This document shows positions 37,535 through 50,700 of a stretch of 64,000 nucleotides of DNA, piece after piece. A program made the translations under genes and the position numbers. The stretch comes from a virus (lineage: Duplodnaviria > Caudoviricetes). Each line of letters starts with the position of its first letter. Position 1 is the stretch's first letter. The stretch lies in IMG/VR virus record IMGVR_UViG_3300044655_001017. One strand, 5' to 3'. The notes under the pieces are model-generated. The model was not told the DNA's origin. It was given only the letters and a program-made list of their open reading frames with translations, and did no database searches.

Positions 37535-38722
37535 TTATATCTCCAACGGTAACAACGTTAATGTTACAGTGATTGTACAAGGAACTTGACTTGTATTAGT
37601 TACTGCTAATTGAATATTTGAAGTTGGTACAGCTTCGTCGCTAAATCCAAAAACTCCTGGTGTAATTGGAACTGTTGCGTTTGTAATAGTAATAACTTCA
37701 GCAAGTATGCCTTGTATAGACGGATCACTTGTTTGTAATCTAGATGCATCTGATGTTCTTGATGCGGAATTTGTATAGATTCTTACCCATGCACCGCCGC
37801 TACCTGCTGAAGAAAATGTCTCAACTTTGTACAACGCATAACCTTTGTATCCAACAATTGTTAAATTAACAGTTGAACCAGGAAATATAACTGTTGTTGT
37901 ATTTGATACAGGTGTTCTTGAACTAGCAAGAGTACTAGTAATTACACCACTACCGTTAATTATAATAGATGTACCGTCAACTTTTACACCGCCTAACTCA
38001 GTAGTTGTTGCAATTGGTAGTGAATATGCAGCAGCTGCACTAATTATACCATTAGAAATAGTAATAGTAGTGTTGTCAACTTTTACACCGCCTAACTCAG
38101 TAGTTGATGCAACTGGCAATAAATATGCAGAAGCTGCACTAATTATACCATTAGAAATAGTAACAGATGATCCATCAACTTTTACGCCACCTAACGCAGT
38201 TGTACTAGCAATTGGTAACGTATATACTGAACTTATAACACCACTATTATTAATTAAAATAGATGATCCGTCAACTCTCACACCGCCTTTTTCAGATTGG
38301 CTCGCTGTTGGTAGTGAATATGCAGCAGCTGCACTAATTATACCATTAGAAATAGTAACTGTAGTACCGTCAACTTTTACACCGCCTATTGTACTTGTAC
38401 TTGCTGTTGGTAGTGAGTAGACTGAAGTACTAATTACACCACTTCCGTTAACTGTAATAGAAGATCCGTCAACTTTTACACCGCCTATTGTACTTGTACT
38501 TGCTGTTGGTAACACATACGGAGTTACTATTGCGTTTATTGTACAATTATTACCTACTTTAGATAATGTAATGTGAGATCCTGCAAGTAATCTAGTAAAC
38601 ACCGAATCATTGTTCTGATACAATTCGGTAAAATTACTATTAATTTTTATTGCACCACCTCGCAGTGTATCACCTGTTGCATCATTAGACGATGAACCTA
38701 CGTTTATTGTTTGTTTAGCCAT
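37535..38722 (-). CDS. gp9/gp10-like baseplate-attached protein with 6 internal repeats
   Basis: N-terminus KQTINVGSSSNDATGDTLRGGAIKINSNFTELY matches the T4 gp9/gp10-type N-terminal motif; six YxLPxA...GGVKVDG repeats follow. Confidence 0.7.
   Translation of the reverse strand: MAKQTINVGSSSNDATGDTLRGGAIKINSNFTELYQNNDSVFTRLLAGSHITLSKVGNNCTINAIVTPYVLPTASTSTIGGVKVDGSSITVNGSGVISTSVYSLPTASTSTIGGVKVDGTTVTISNGIISAAAAYSLPTASQSEKGGVRVDGSSILINNSGVISSVYTLPIASTTALGGVKVDGSSVTISNGIISAASAYLLPVASTTELGGVKVDNTTITISNGIISAAAAYSLPIATTTELGGVKVDGTSIIINGSGVITSTLASSRTPVSNTTTVIFPGSTVNLTIVGYKGYALYKVETFSSAGSGGAWVRIYTNSASRTSDASRLQTSDPSIQGILAEVITITNATVPITPGVFGFSDEAVPTSNIQLAVTNTSQVPCTITVTLTLLPLEI
37945..38520. repeat. Six degenerate 96-99 bp coding repeats
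   Basis: Core TCAACT(T/C)T(T/C)AC(A/G)CC(G/A)CC recurs at about 37977, 38076, 38175, 38272, 38370 and 38469. Confidence 0.85.
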
Positions 38723-38737
38723 TTATTTTATCCTTAA

Positions 38738-41700
38738 TTAAAATCTTGTATCTTCACTATCAAATGTAATGCTAGTTGAATCATATGTTATTGAGATATC
38801 AGCATAATCAACTCCAGGTACTGACCCTATAAAATTTAATTCTGTTTGATTGTTAACCCATTTACTGCCTTGTCGTTTAATAATAGTTACTATTGTATTT
38901 GCACTTAACACATTTGTTAATCGTATTTGTTTAGTAGTACCGTTTACTGAAAAGTCTGCATCAAATGTATGCTCACCTTCTTCAGAATTTATATTGTAAA
39001 CAACATACGGCGTCTTTTTCAATCGTATATTTCCAATAAAATAATTCCATTTACTACGATCATTTTTAAAATTACTACTACTTACATGTTGAACTGCGCA
39101 TCGGTAAACATACACTCCAACATTTACAATGTCATTCACATAATACACAGTCTCTAATGTCCATATTTTATAATTATCGTATCCCCCAACAAATACTTCA
39201 ATTTCATCACTTTGTCCATATTCTGCAAGTGCAGGATCTGCAAAACTCCATTTAGTATTTGCTACTTTGTTAGGTGTGTACGACAAATTTATAAAATGGG
39301 TTCCATTTGATACTACTTGTTCAATTTGTGTATTTTCAACATATGGAATTGTTTCAGTTAGACCTAGCTCTTGCACAATTGATTCGGCTCTATGCACAGT
39401 CGGAATTCCTGTACCCATAGTTCCCCTACGAAGACCGCTTAACACGTTATCTACATTTGAGAAAAATTCAATACGTTCACCATTAATGTCAATTATGCCA
39501 TAACTACCATACGATGTTTGATCAAACAAACTTGAATCTTCAACTGTAATAGTAGTATCGTAATAATTTAACTCGTTAACTAATCGGGTACGTTTATTTG
39601 CATTTAACCGAATATACCGATATTGATTTAACATATTTTTAAAATGCATAAACGACGTAAATTCACCCGATGGCAATTTATTAAATACTTTAATTCCAAG
39701 TGTGTCAATAACTTGTCCCGGAACTACTTCTTCTGGACCAATGCCAGCAGTTACTGAATTAAAATCGTCACCATCAACTACTATATCCTCAGCCGATAGC
39801 CCATCCGACATTGCGTTATAAGAAAAATTACCACCTGACAATGCAGTGTCATACTCGTTAACTATCGCACCGTCACTTGTTTCTTTACGTATAATAATAG
39901 TATCACCTGCATCTGCACTTATTGAAGTTGGAATTTCAATAATATCAGTATCACCTGTTGCAATTGGTGTTAACATTGCTGCATTTGGATTTGCAAGGTC
40001 TACTACGTCAATATCGTAAGTTTTTGAATCAATACGCACTGCTTCAGTATTTGGTTTTACAAGATACACGTTTAATCTTGTACCAATTGTTGGAACATAT
40101 GGAAGTTTAATTGTATAAGAAAACTCGTCACCTAATGTGTACTTAACGTCGTTGAGTGCAGGATCAAAGTTGTCCCAAGTGTCGTTATAGTACGGCATAC
40201 TATCCCAACCATGATCAACTTCAAAACTTAATCCGCTAACTACTACTCCGCCATAATCGATCCCTGACATCAACTGCGGTAAATCATTTCCTACATCACC
40301 CGAATTTGGTTTGTAATAATAATGTATTCTATCGGTTGCCGTTAGCAACCCAGTATCTTTATAATATGATATAATAAGTTCACTACCGCGCATTGGTGCA
40401 GTTTTAAATGTAATTACACCAGTGTGAACAGGATGGCCATCAACAATTGATATAACTGTTCCCATTTTATAATTGTCGCGGATTTCAAGTACACCGTTAA
40501 CAGTTACTGAAGTTTTTCCAATTGATACATCTGGTATCCATTTAAGAATAAACTGAACTTTAGTACCGGTTACGATTGACGCGCCTTTAATAGTTTCAAC
40601 ATGTTGCAAGTTATCAATAAGATAATTTTGATTTACTCGATCAAACTTTAATGCAATATTGCTTGTTCTTACTACGCTTTTACCTAAAATTGGAATAGCA
40701 GTTGCAGATTTACCATTATTTGAATACCCTCCAGTAATTACAATCTTAGGTGTTGTTTTATATCCAGACCCTGGAGTAATTAATTTAATTCTAGATATTT
40801 GCTTATTAACAATAAATGCGCGAGCGGTTGCGCCCAATCCGGTTTTAGATTCAATAGTTACTGCTGGTTCTGTTAAATATTCTGCTCCACCACTAGTAAT
40901 TTTTATATCAACTAGTGAATACCCTACATTATCTAACCAAAACTTCCACGGATATGAATTAATTAACGGATTATCGTAATCTACTACTGAAACTACATTT
41001 CGATCTAAGTCGTATGCAGGTGGTAAATCAAAATCAGTTATTGCAACATTACTATCATCTAAATTAGTATACGAACTTATATATTCACGGATTTGTGTTC
41101 GATACGGCTTCACTTCAGACACATAATCTTCAAAATTAGACAAGTTATCATTTTTATAGGTAACTCGTTGCTGTAATTTACCTACTTGATGCATTACATT
41201 TACAAAACTAGTTTTAAATATCCAGTCAATATAGGTTTGCTCATTCATTGCATATCTAACAGTTGAAAAGAACAATTCTAAATACTTAGTTTTTAAATTG
41301 CCTATTAGCAAATCATCCTTAATTGCAATTAAAATATTGCGCAATTCAATAGATGCAAAATTGTCATGCATTCCGGAATCATATAACATGCCGTCATACC
41401 CAATAACAGTACCGTAAAAATCGTACAATAATGAGCTAAACTGAATAGTACCGTTTTGGCTACCAATTACGGTATACAAGTGTGTCCAATCAAACGATGC
41501 AGTTTCTTCTAGTTGTTGGTTAACTGTAGGATCATGTTTTTGCAATAATACCCATCGACCTGAATTAGTTGTTTTTACTTTTACAATATCACCAACTGTA
41601 TCATTTAGTTGAGATAATTCTGCATACGTGGTTACTAGATGGGTTGCTGTTGTAAATTGATTAAACCCAGGTTTATACCAATCAACATACTTCCAATACT

Positions 41701-44700
41701 TTGTCGTATCGTACGTGTATGTTAACGATTTATACCATGTGCTAGTAGAAAGAACATATGAATAAATACTCCATTTTCCGTTACTAGTTGCATCACTTAG
41801 CACTAATACTGAAAAACTTCTAACTGTTAACACATGATTGGATGTATACCCGTCGCCACCGTTAAGAATTTTAACTCCGGTTATTTGTCCAGATTCGTTA
41901 ATAATTGACTGAATTACTGCACCCTTGCCAGTACCAGTAACTGTAATATAAGGCGCAATTAAATAGCCTTGACCGGAACTAATAATATTAACATTTGTAA
42001 TTTTTCCATCTGTAATATCTGCAGTTAAACTAGGCGCAATATAATACTTTGTGATCACATACTGCAATTCTAAATTAGTATCTAATGTAGTGTCATATAA
42101 CCGCCGAATACTAGTCGGCGGAGTATCATATGATGTTAACAACGAAAGATCTCTTGTATCGACAATTAACTCTGATTTTAAATGTATGTTAGTTTGTTCA
42201 ATTACTTGTTTAATTGCTTCAAATCGATTAACAAACATACTTTGACGAGGTCTGTTTTCAATACCATATTTTAATTTAGGCGGTAACAGTTGATCTGGCA
42301 CTAATCGATCGTTAACATCTTTACCGCATAAACTATCAATCCATTTTTGTTCTATAGATGCTGGTATGTCAGTTGACGACGATGTACTAATTAATTTCCA
42401 TTGAGTGTGTATATTCTGATCAGTTTTATCTATTAACCAGTATTCAATCGATAACACAATATCATCATGCAACAGATATGGTTTAACATTAACTAAACTA
42501 AATGAATTTAACCCAGTTAATGCAAGGTATTCATACCCCTCGCCTTTAGGATTTGAAATTACCCTAGAAACATTTGCAGCTGATATTGTTCTACCAATAG
42601 TTGACGAAATTGTTTCTTTATTTTTAACCCAATAATAATAAGTAGACGAAAACTGCTGACTTATCGTGTCATATGTTTTTACTTCCACATATGCACTATC
42701 TCCGTATAACGATGTTCCACTTATACCTTGCGCTAACCCTGCAGATGTATCAGCGTCTGCATCCCAGTCTGCCGGTAACAACTCAGTTTCAACCCATTCG
42801 TAAATATCAACTGATGCACCAGTTGCTAATGTACCTAACATGCTGTTTCTATAAACAGAATTGTCTGTAAAATTGTCAAAGAACTTAGTAGTGCGCACAT
42901 CCCACCATAACGAACCAACTTGTGCTGCGCCCCATGCAATACCTTCATCCACAGTAACTACAGTAGTTGTAGCATGCGAATAAATTGCAGGATCATATGG
43001 GGATTTATACTTTACTTCTCGTTCTGCAATAATAGGATGTTTATTTTGTATAGGGTCTACAACATCTAAATATTTTATTAATTTATTAGATACTTTGTTG
43101 TATAAAAACGCTTGTTTAACTTTAGTAATGTCAGGTTTAGTAATTGATGTATTTTTAACTGTCCATGAAAATTGGTTAACTGGCTTAACATATTCATATA
43201 TTTTTCCAGCACCATTACCTGTACTTGATACAAATACATATGTTGTTGTTATATCAGTAGTTATTGTAGTGGCTATTGGGAATGTAACTGTAAATTCTAT
43301 AAAATCACTTTGAGGATTAACTGCAGTAATTACCGACCCTTCCGGAATACCGTTGCCAATAATAATGTCGTTAATGGCAATGTTACACACTAAGTCTTTA
43401 TCTTTATCAATTTTACCAGTAGCCGTTGTATTTGTATGTGCGGTATTATTAATTAGATTAATAGTTGCTGTTTGCTCAGTCCATGCAGGTGCACCTACTA
43501 TTAAATTAGTAGCAGTAACTGCAAATATTGGTGATGCATATTTTGGTTCTAGGCGTTCACTAAAAATCCAATCTTTTTCATAAATGTTGTATACATCTGC
43601 AACAGAAACATAATCAAAATCACAAATTACTAGCGTACGATAGTCGTCTGTAAAAAACACTGCAGGAGCATTTGCTGAACTAAATTCAACAGTTGGAATA
43701 ACCTGTACAGATTCTTTTAGTGATAAAGAATAGATATTTACATTACGTGCAGTTGAACTTAAAATATTTGAAATTGCAATAAAATCATCATTCTTTGACA
43801 ATGAAATATGTTGTCCAACGGTGTTAGCTACTATATTATCAATTTGATTAGCTGAGTTATAAACAAAATCTTCATTTGCATAATATACATATACTTTGCC
43901 ATTTGTACGTGGATCTGATATTGCAATTGTATTGTTTAACGACACTGAAATGTCTGTACCAAACGCATCAGATGCACCAGTCGGTTTACTAATACTAGGT
44001 AATTCAGCCCATTCGTAAACTGAAAACGCAATACGACCTGCAGGTTTTTCTGCAGGTTCGAGACTAATTATAATAGTAGTTCCATTAACTACAGATGACA
44101 CTAAATGGTTAGGTGTAAAACCGTTACCTGATAGTATCATCCCGCGTGATATACCTGCAGTACTAGCAACTACTAATGTAGTGCCTTTACTTCCGTTAGA
44201 CACAAAGGTAGTGAATCCTTTTTCTGTTAATTTATATTCATATCTATAAACTGTACTAGCAGTTGTACCTACAAACATCATATTAGTACCAAATGCAATA
44301 GAATTTCCAAAATGTTCATTGTCTAAAGGCTCTGGACTAATCCGTGTGTCAACTAATACATATAAGCTGTTAACATCTCGTTTATATATTGAAATAACTC
44401 CTTGATTATTGCTATCAGCAGTTGGTGATCCTAATGCTAACCATTCTCCATCTGGCGACAACGCAACAACTGTTGCTACATTATCCTCATTATCAACTTC
44501 GCTAACACTTTGAAATCTTAATGGACGTTTAATAATTTGAGTTGCAATCCAATCATTTTTAGTGTTATTATAAATTACAACTTCTCCTCTAAAAATATCG
44601 TACCCATTATCAGATTTTTGAGATACTGCAATTGTGGTACCATCGTCAGTTGTTGCAATTGCACGTCCGTATTGACTAATTTTTGAATTTAAATTGGGCC

Positions 44701-47700
44701 TAGCAGTTAATGCATATACTGGGTTATATTCCCACACTTTCCAGTTGCTAGTATCTTGATAATAATCAGTAACATTAGAATCATTATCAGTCCATATTAA
44801 ATAATTAGATTTTAGATCAGCATTAGTATAATTGTTGTTATCAAGAGTAGTGCCAATTCTTCGAGGTATTAACAGACCAACCGTTGAGTTTTCAGTTGCA
44901 GTAATAATTACATCAGTAACAACAGTTATAATATTACCTTGAATAGCAGTAACGGTGTAAACTTTGTCATCTCCTACATTTTTAAATACAATTAGTGTGC
45001 CTACTGAAATTTCAGCCGTGTTATCAAGTGTGATGTATGTTCCATCGTCATCTGAAGTAATTAACGTAATTTGAATTTTATATGAATCATTAATACTACG
45101 ATCAAAATATTGATAAACGTTCCAGTCAGTTGGAGCAAATGTACATAAAATATAGTCACCATTCTTAACCATTGCAATATTAATATCAGAAAGTTGTTTT
45201 ACACTAAACGCAACTTCATCAACTCTTGCATAAACCGTTGAAGTTTTTAACGGTTTAGCCACTGGCCATAAATTTGGTGTGTACCTTGCAGGTTTTACAT
45301 AGATATCAGTAACTCCTTGTTGAATAACTAAGGTTTCATGGAATCGATCTTTAGTATTAACTAATTCAAATCCTTGTGGATTTATTTTAAATTGAGATTC
45401 TGATAACACAAATTCAATGCTTTCAAACGACGAACATGCACCGTACTGCCCAGTACGAACTGCCCATTCTTCATAAAATTGTAAACTTTCATTGCCAGCT
45501 GCACTCAACACATCGAATAGCTTATTAAGAACATTTTGGGTTCCTTTTTCAATAATCATACCTTGATAAAATTTATATTCACTTACATCATCTTGAATAA
45601 TATTTTCAAGATACTGTCTTTTCTGATAACCAATTAAATGTTGAGCATAATTTTGCTGAGCTATATCAAAATTTTCACTATCTAAACTATAAAAATCAGT
45701 AAACTGTGTTGCTTTATACGTCCAGTTTGGTAACATTTTTGGTGTTGGTTTTTTATCTAATTTTGACCATTTTGCAGAATCAAACGATTCTGCGCCAGCT
45801 AACGAAGATTTAGCACTGTAATAAAATGATTTATATTTTACAGTATCACCAATAATATAATGTTTCCACGGGGTCCACTCAGTTATAATTGCACGATCAA
45901 CAATAAATCCCGGAGCAGATAACGTACCGTTCCAATTAGAACTTACGTAACCCGAAACTTTAATCTTATCTTGTTTGTAACCGCTTTCAGGATTGTAAAT
46001 TGTATCGTTAAACATTGTAGTGTTATTAAGAACTACAACATGTTCACGTTGAATTAAGTAAAAACTTGCACAAAAGATACCATCATCAGTTTTTGGGATG
46101 TATGTTACTGCGTTATCAATTCTAAACATGTTTATGAAGCTTTTGTGAATTGCAACGCCGCTAGCATTTAAAATCTCATATTCATTATTTGGATTTGTAA
46201 CATCATCAATTGTAGTTAAAATAGTGTTAAACACTAATTTATTTGCAGACGGACTAAGTGATATTACAGCATGACCTGATAAATCAAGACCATTTAACAA
46301 ATAGTAGTCAGACTCATTAAATACAGTCGGTTGCATATCTTTTAATGCTTTGTAATATGATCCGTTGTATCGTACTATGTCACCATATCTAATTGTCATA
46401 GTTGTGGTCCAATCGGCCCACGTAGAATTTGGTGCCGACCAATTTTGAGTAGTCCAAAACATAAACTCTTTTGCACTAGTTTCCCAGTTTTCAATTGCAC
46501 TAAGATTTGAATTATATTCATTAAATATAAACCCTTGCGCACTTAACCATTTTCCATACCCTAATAAGAAGTCAACAACTTCTTGAATTGAATTTAGTTT
46601 AGTTCCGTATGGTATAATTTTAGTAGTAGTATCCCATTTATTTTTAAAATATGCGTTAACACCGCCTACTATTGGCATTTTTTCTAAAGAATAAAACTTG
46701 TTAAACTCAAATAATAACGTTGATTTATGATCAACTAGAACTCGATAATACCTTAAAAGATATCTAACTAACGATCCTACAAAGTAGTCTTGTCCTTGTG
46801 CCCATTCAACAAAACTTTCAGAAATGCCTGCAACATTAACCGAAACCCCCGACGTTAGTGAAGGAAAATATTTAAAATATGGTTGTAGTTGGCTATAACC
46901 CTTAACTTCAAATCCGCCAGCAATTTTAGTAATTACAACTCCACTGTATGTTAAAATTCCGATTGGAGATGACGAGTTTAACACAAGGGTGTAGTCTTCT
47001 TGCGGAATAAAAATACTGCCAACTGCAATAGGTGACTTTGAATCTAATAACAAATTAAATTTTTCTTTGCTTGTATATGCACTTACTCTGTAACATAACT
47101 TTGCTACAATATTTTCTAATTCAAATTTATAATTGTTGTATTGTGTTAACGTGTTGCAATCAATGTAATTAATCAAATAATTAACTAATCCTGCAGTTTG
47201 AATACGATTAGAGCTTAAATATACAGTTGGTAACTCAATACTAGATGGCGTAATTCTTAAATTTGTATCAGTATATATTAACTGTCCGGTTTTACTAATC
47301 ACAATCCGTGAACGATCTAACAATACACCAATTACTCTTGCAGGATTTAATAAAATAGCTGTTTTTATTACACTAAATGCATAATGCGAATTTCTCCTCC
47401 ATGCAGCTTCAATTGGAGAAACATCACCAAAGATAAAGTCGCCTTGAATACTAGGAGTTATATAACCCGTTGCTAAATTGATATCATACGGACTAAGTAA
47501 ATTCCCATCGTCATCAACTGGTATATGATCCATTAAAAACGGTTTAACATATTTTTTAAGACGAATTGGTAGTTTGTTTGGCTCTTTTACTAGCCCGCGG
47601 CTAATATCTTGCCATAAAATTAAGTTATTTTTAGTATACGGTGCTGGACCATATACTGATATCCACCAACTAGGTTCTTCGGAAAACCCTAACATTTCCC

Positions 47701-50700
47701 ATGGGCACATATGAGGGCGATCAGTATCTAAAATCCACTGGTATATGCCTCTCCAAAAACCAGGCGTAACTCTTCCATCAGGCGCAGCCTGTTTAGAATA
47801 ACTAAAAGTAAAAGAATCACGAGTATCATACGATAGTGGTGTTGCAAAATCAACGCCAACTTTCGAAGACCATTTATAAAAATTTGACATTAATGAAGAA
47901 TTAAACTGCTCTCTACTATAATCCGATTTTCTTGAATACGCAGGAATTACATCTGCAACATCGAATAATGTCGGATCATATGTTACTTTTATGTTATTAT
48001 AAATTCGTTTTTCTAACTCTAATACTAATGCATCTCGATAATCGTTATATGCTAATGTTAAACTTCCATCGTGTCCTTGAATCATATTCACAGGAATACG
48101 TAACGTAGTATCTAAAAATATTTTTGGTTCATATTTTGGCCACATGCCTAATTTAGTTGGTGTTTCAGGTATTAGGCAACCGTCGGTACTTTCATATTCA
48201 TAAACTGTTATAGTATCGCCGGCTGTTAACTCTGCAGTTACATATATAAACCCTTGATCAGTAAATGAATACTCTTTACCGTGCAATAATTGCATACCGT
48301 TTAAATATACTCCTACTGCAGTTGATGATAACGTAGACAATGAAAACCCTTGCGATAAAGAAAACAAATTATCTTCAGGTGCAGCTACTAAGAAATCTGT
48401 TTGAATTCTTGATCCATAAGGTGCCATATCGCTAAAATAATATGCCGACGTACTTGGCGCATCTTTATTAATATGGCGTAGTATTAAATTTACATGAGTA
48501 AACTCGTCTGCATCAACCCCTAACGATTCTGCAACAAACATAAATGTCTTTTTAAATTTACAATAGTCATCTCTAGATTGATCAATTGCACGAATTATAT
48601 TATTTGTATCCGAAGTAATATGATACATTGATAAACTTGCAGGACCGCTATGTTGAACAAACTTTGTACCGTATTGCGAAACTGAGCCTAAATCTCTTAA
48701 ATTGCTTATCCCAGGATAGTTTCCAAAAAAACCGCTAGTATGCACGTTATCAACAATACTGCCAACATGATCAATTACTTCACCTAATGTAAATTCTGAT
48801 AACACGCCATTTAATGGATTATTTTGTAAGTTAATTGGAATCTCAAAATACCCGTTAGCATTAACTGGAAGATTTGAATACACTTTAATCATTATTGAAT
48901 CAGTTAACTTTACATCAGTGTTAAAAATTATTTGATGATAATTTAGATATCGATTAGTTGAGCTTATTGGTTTAAATATCCAATCGTTAGATCGAACATT
49001 ATTAACATACACTCTAGCCTCGAATTCTGAAAGACTTGGCAAATAATCAAAAATGTCAATATCAAAATTATTAGTTTTATCTGAATTCCTATACAATCTA
49101 ATTGCCGCTTGTGTGTGTTCAACTTCGCTAGTTTTCCACCCATTAACATATGATATCTTTCCAGCTGCATCATACTTAATTAAGAACCCGGTATCAACCT
49201 GTTTACTAACAATTTTTTCATTTACTTCATAACTAAACTTATCAGTTACTAACGAAAAATTAAAAACAATATCGCCAATGTTGTTAATATTTTTATATGA
49301 CAATGCAAAACCTAAATTTTTATCTGCTATTGTTGTTCCAACCTTATAAGAAAAAATAGAAGTTCCATCAAACGACGTACCTGGATATACCGATAAATCT
49401 CCAAAACTATATTCATTTTCATCAACTAAATCGAATAGTGGCGGCTGGTTTGCTTTAGTTTTTTGTTGGCATAATTTCCACACTGTGCCATTAAACCAAT
49501 ACATTTGTCCTTGCGAAACAGTGCCGTATTGTATTAACGCAACTTGATTGTATACTGGTTTTGCCACTTCAACTAATCGAATTTGATTACTATTAATAAC
49601 ACAAATAATATCAGCAACTGTTCCAACAGTTGGTTTGTTGCCGCCAATTATGCGATATTCAATACTAGTTGAATCAATTATTGCAGAAACTCTTGCAGAC
49701 CCGGCACTGCCTGAAGGGCCGCCACCTAACTTTCCGGTTTTGTCTGTTACCGCAATTAGTGTTCCTACATTTAATCCAGCAGTTGAATTCATGTTGGTAA
49801 TTTTAGCGGTCCATCCGCTATTAGTTGCACTAATTGAATCAATTTTTCCTTTGCTACTAATTTTCTGCAAACTATTTTCATGTAATACATTAATAAAATC
49901 AATACGATAGATGTTGTTTGTTACACGATCATCTAAGTCAGCTGTAAAAATAACATGTTGGCCATCTTTAAGGTCAACACCATCAATATTATATCCAAAT
50001 GCTCCCTCTACTATTGAAAATGCATCAACTGTAACCGTATCAATAACCGCAATATCAATGATAGATGTAGTTCCAAAATTAAATAATTTTAAATTTTTCT
50101 CAAACTCAATAATTGGCCTTGCTGCTCGCATTGACTGATCATAAGCAGGATGTATGCCATTTTTTAACGCACTTTTTTCAATAACATCTTTGTGAATCCA
50201 TTTGTTATTTCTACTCCAAAAATTCTTATCAACAGATGCACGATTAATTACAATGTAATCAGGGTTAGTAACATACGAAATTGAGTCACTAAATGGAGTT
50301 GTATCAAATAGTGTTGTGTCAAATAACATTGACGAAGTATTAGTGTATGCAGTAATAATTTGTAAATCATTTTCATGTATTAATCGAATTGCATCCCCAA
50401 CGCCTTCAACATAATATCTTCCAGTAGCATACTTTTTAGGAAATACATTTCCAGCAAATTGCACTTTCATGCCGTTGCTTAATGCAAACGGCACTATTGT
50501 TTCATCAACTAATGTTATAGTACCATAGCTATACGTTTTCTTTCCAATAAGATCGGACTCTACGTTAATATACCCAGTCTCACTTACATCTAAGATATTA
50601 AACACTCCTCCCATATCAATATTATTTTCACTTACGTATGCTAGTTCATCAGGGGCATTGTTCGGAACTGTAAATGTTATAGTGCCAGTTTCGATTGCAT

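Noticed and set aside
37945-38520. Regularly spaced repeats resembling a CRISPR array
   Set aside because: The units are degenerate, 96-99 bp, in frame within a protein gene, and the intervening sequence is also homologous rather than unique spacers.
20662-38722. Diversity-generating retroelement or invertase acting on fibre tips
   Set aside because: No reverse transcriptase, recombinase, TR/VR pair or flanking inverted repeats were recognised in this window.
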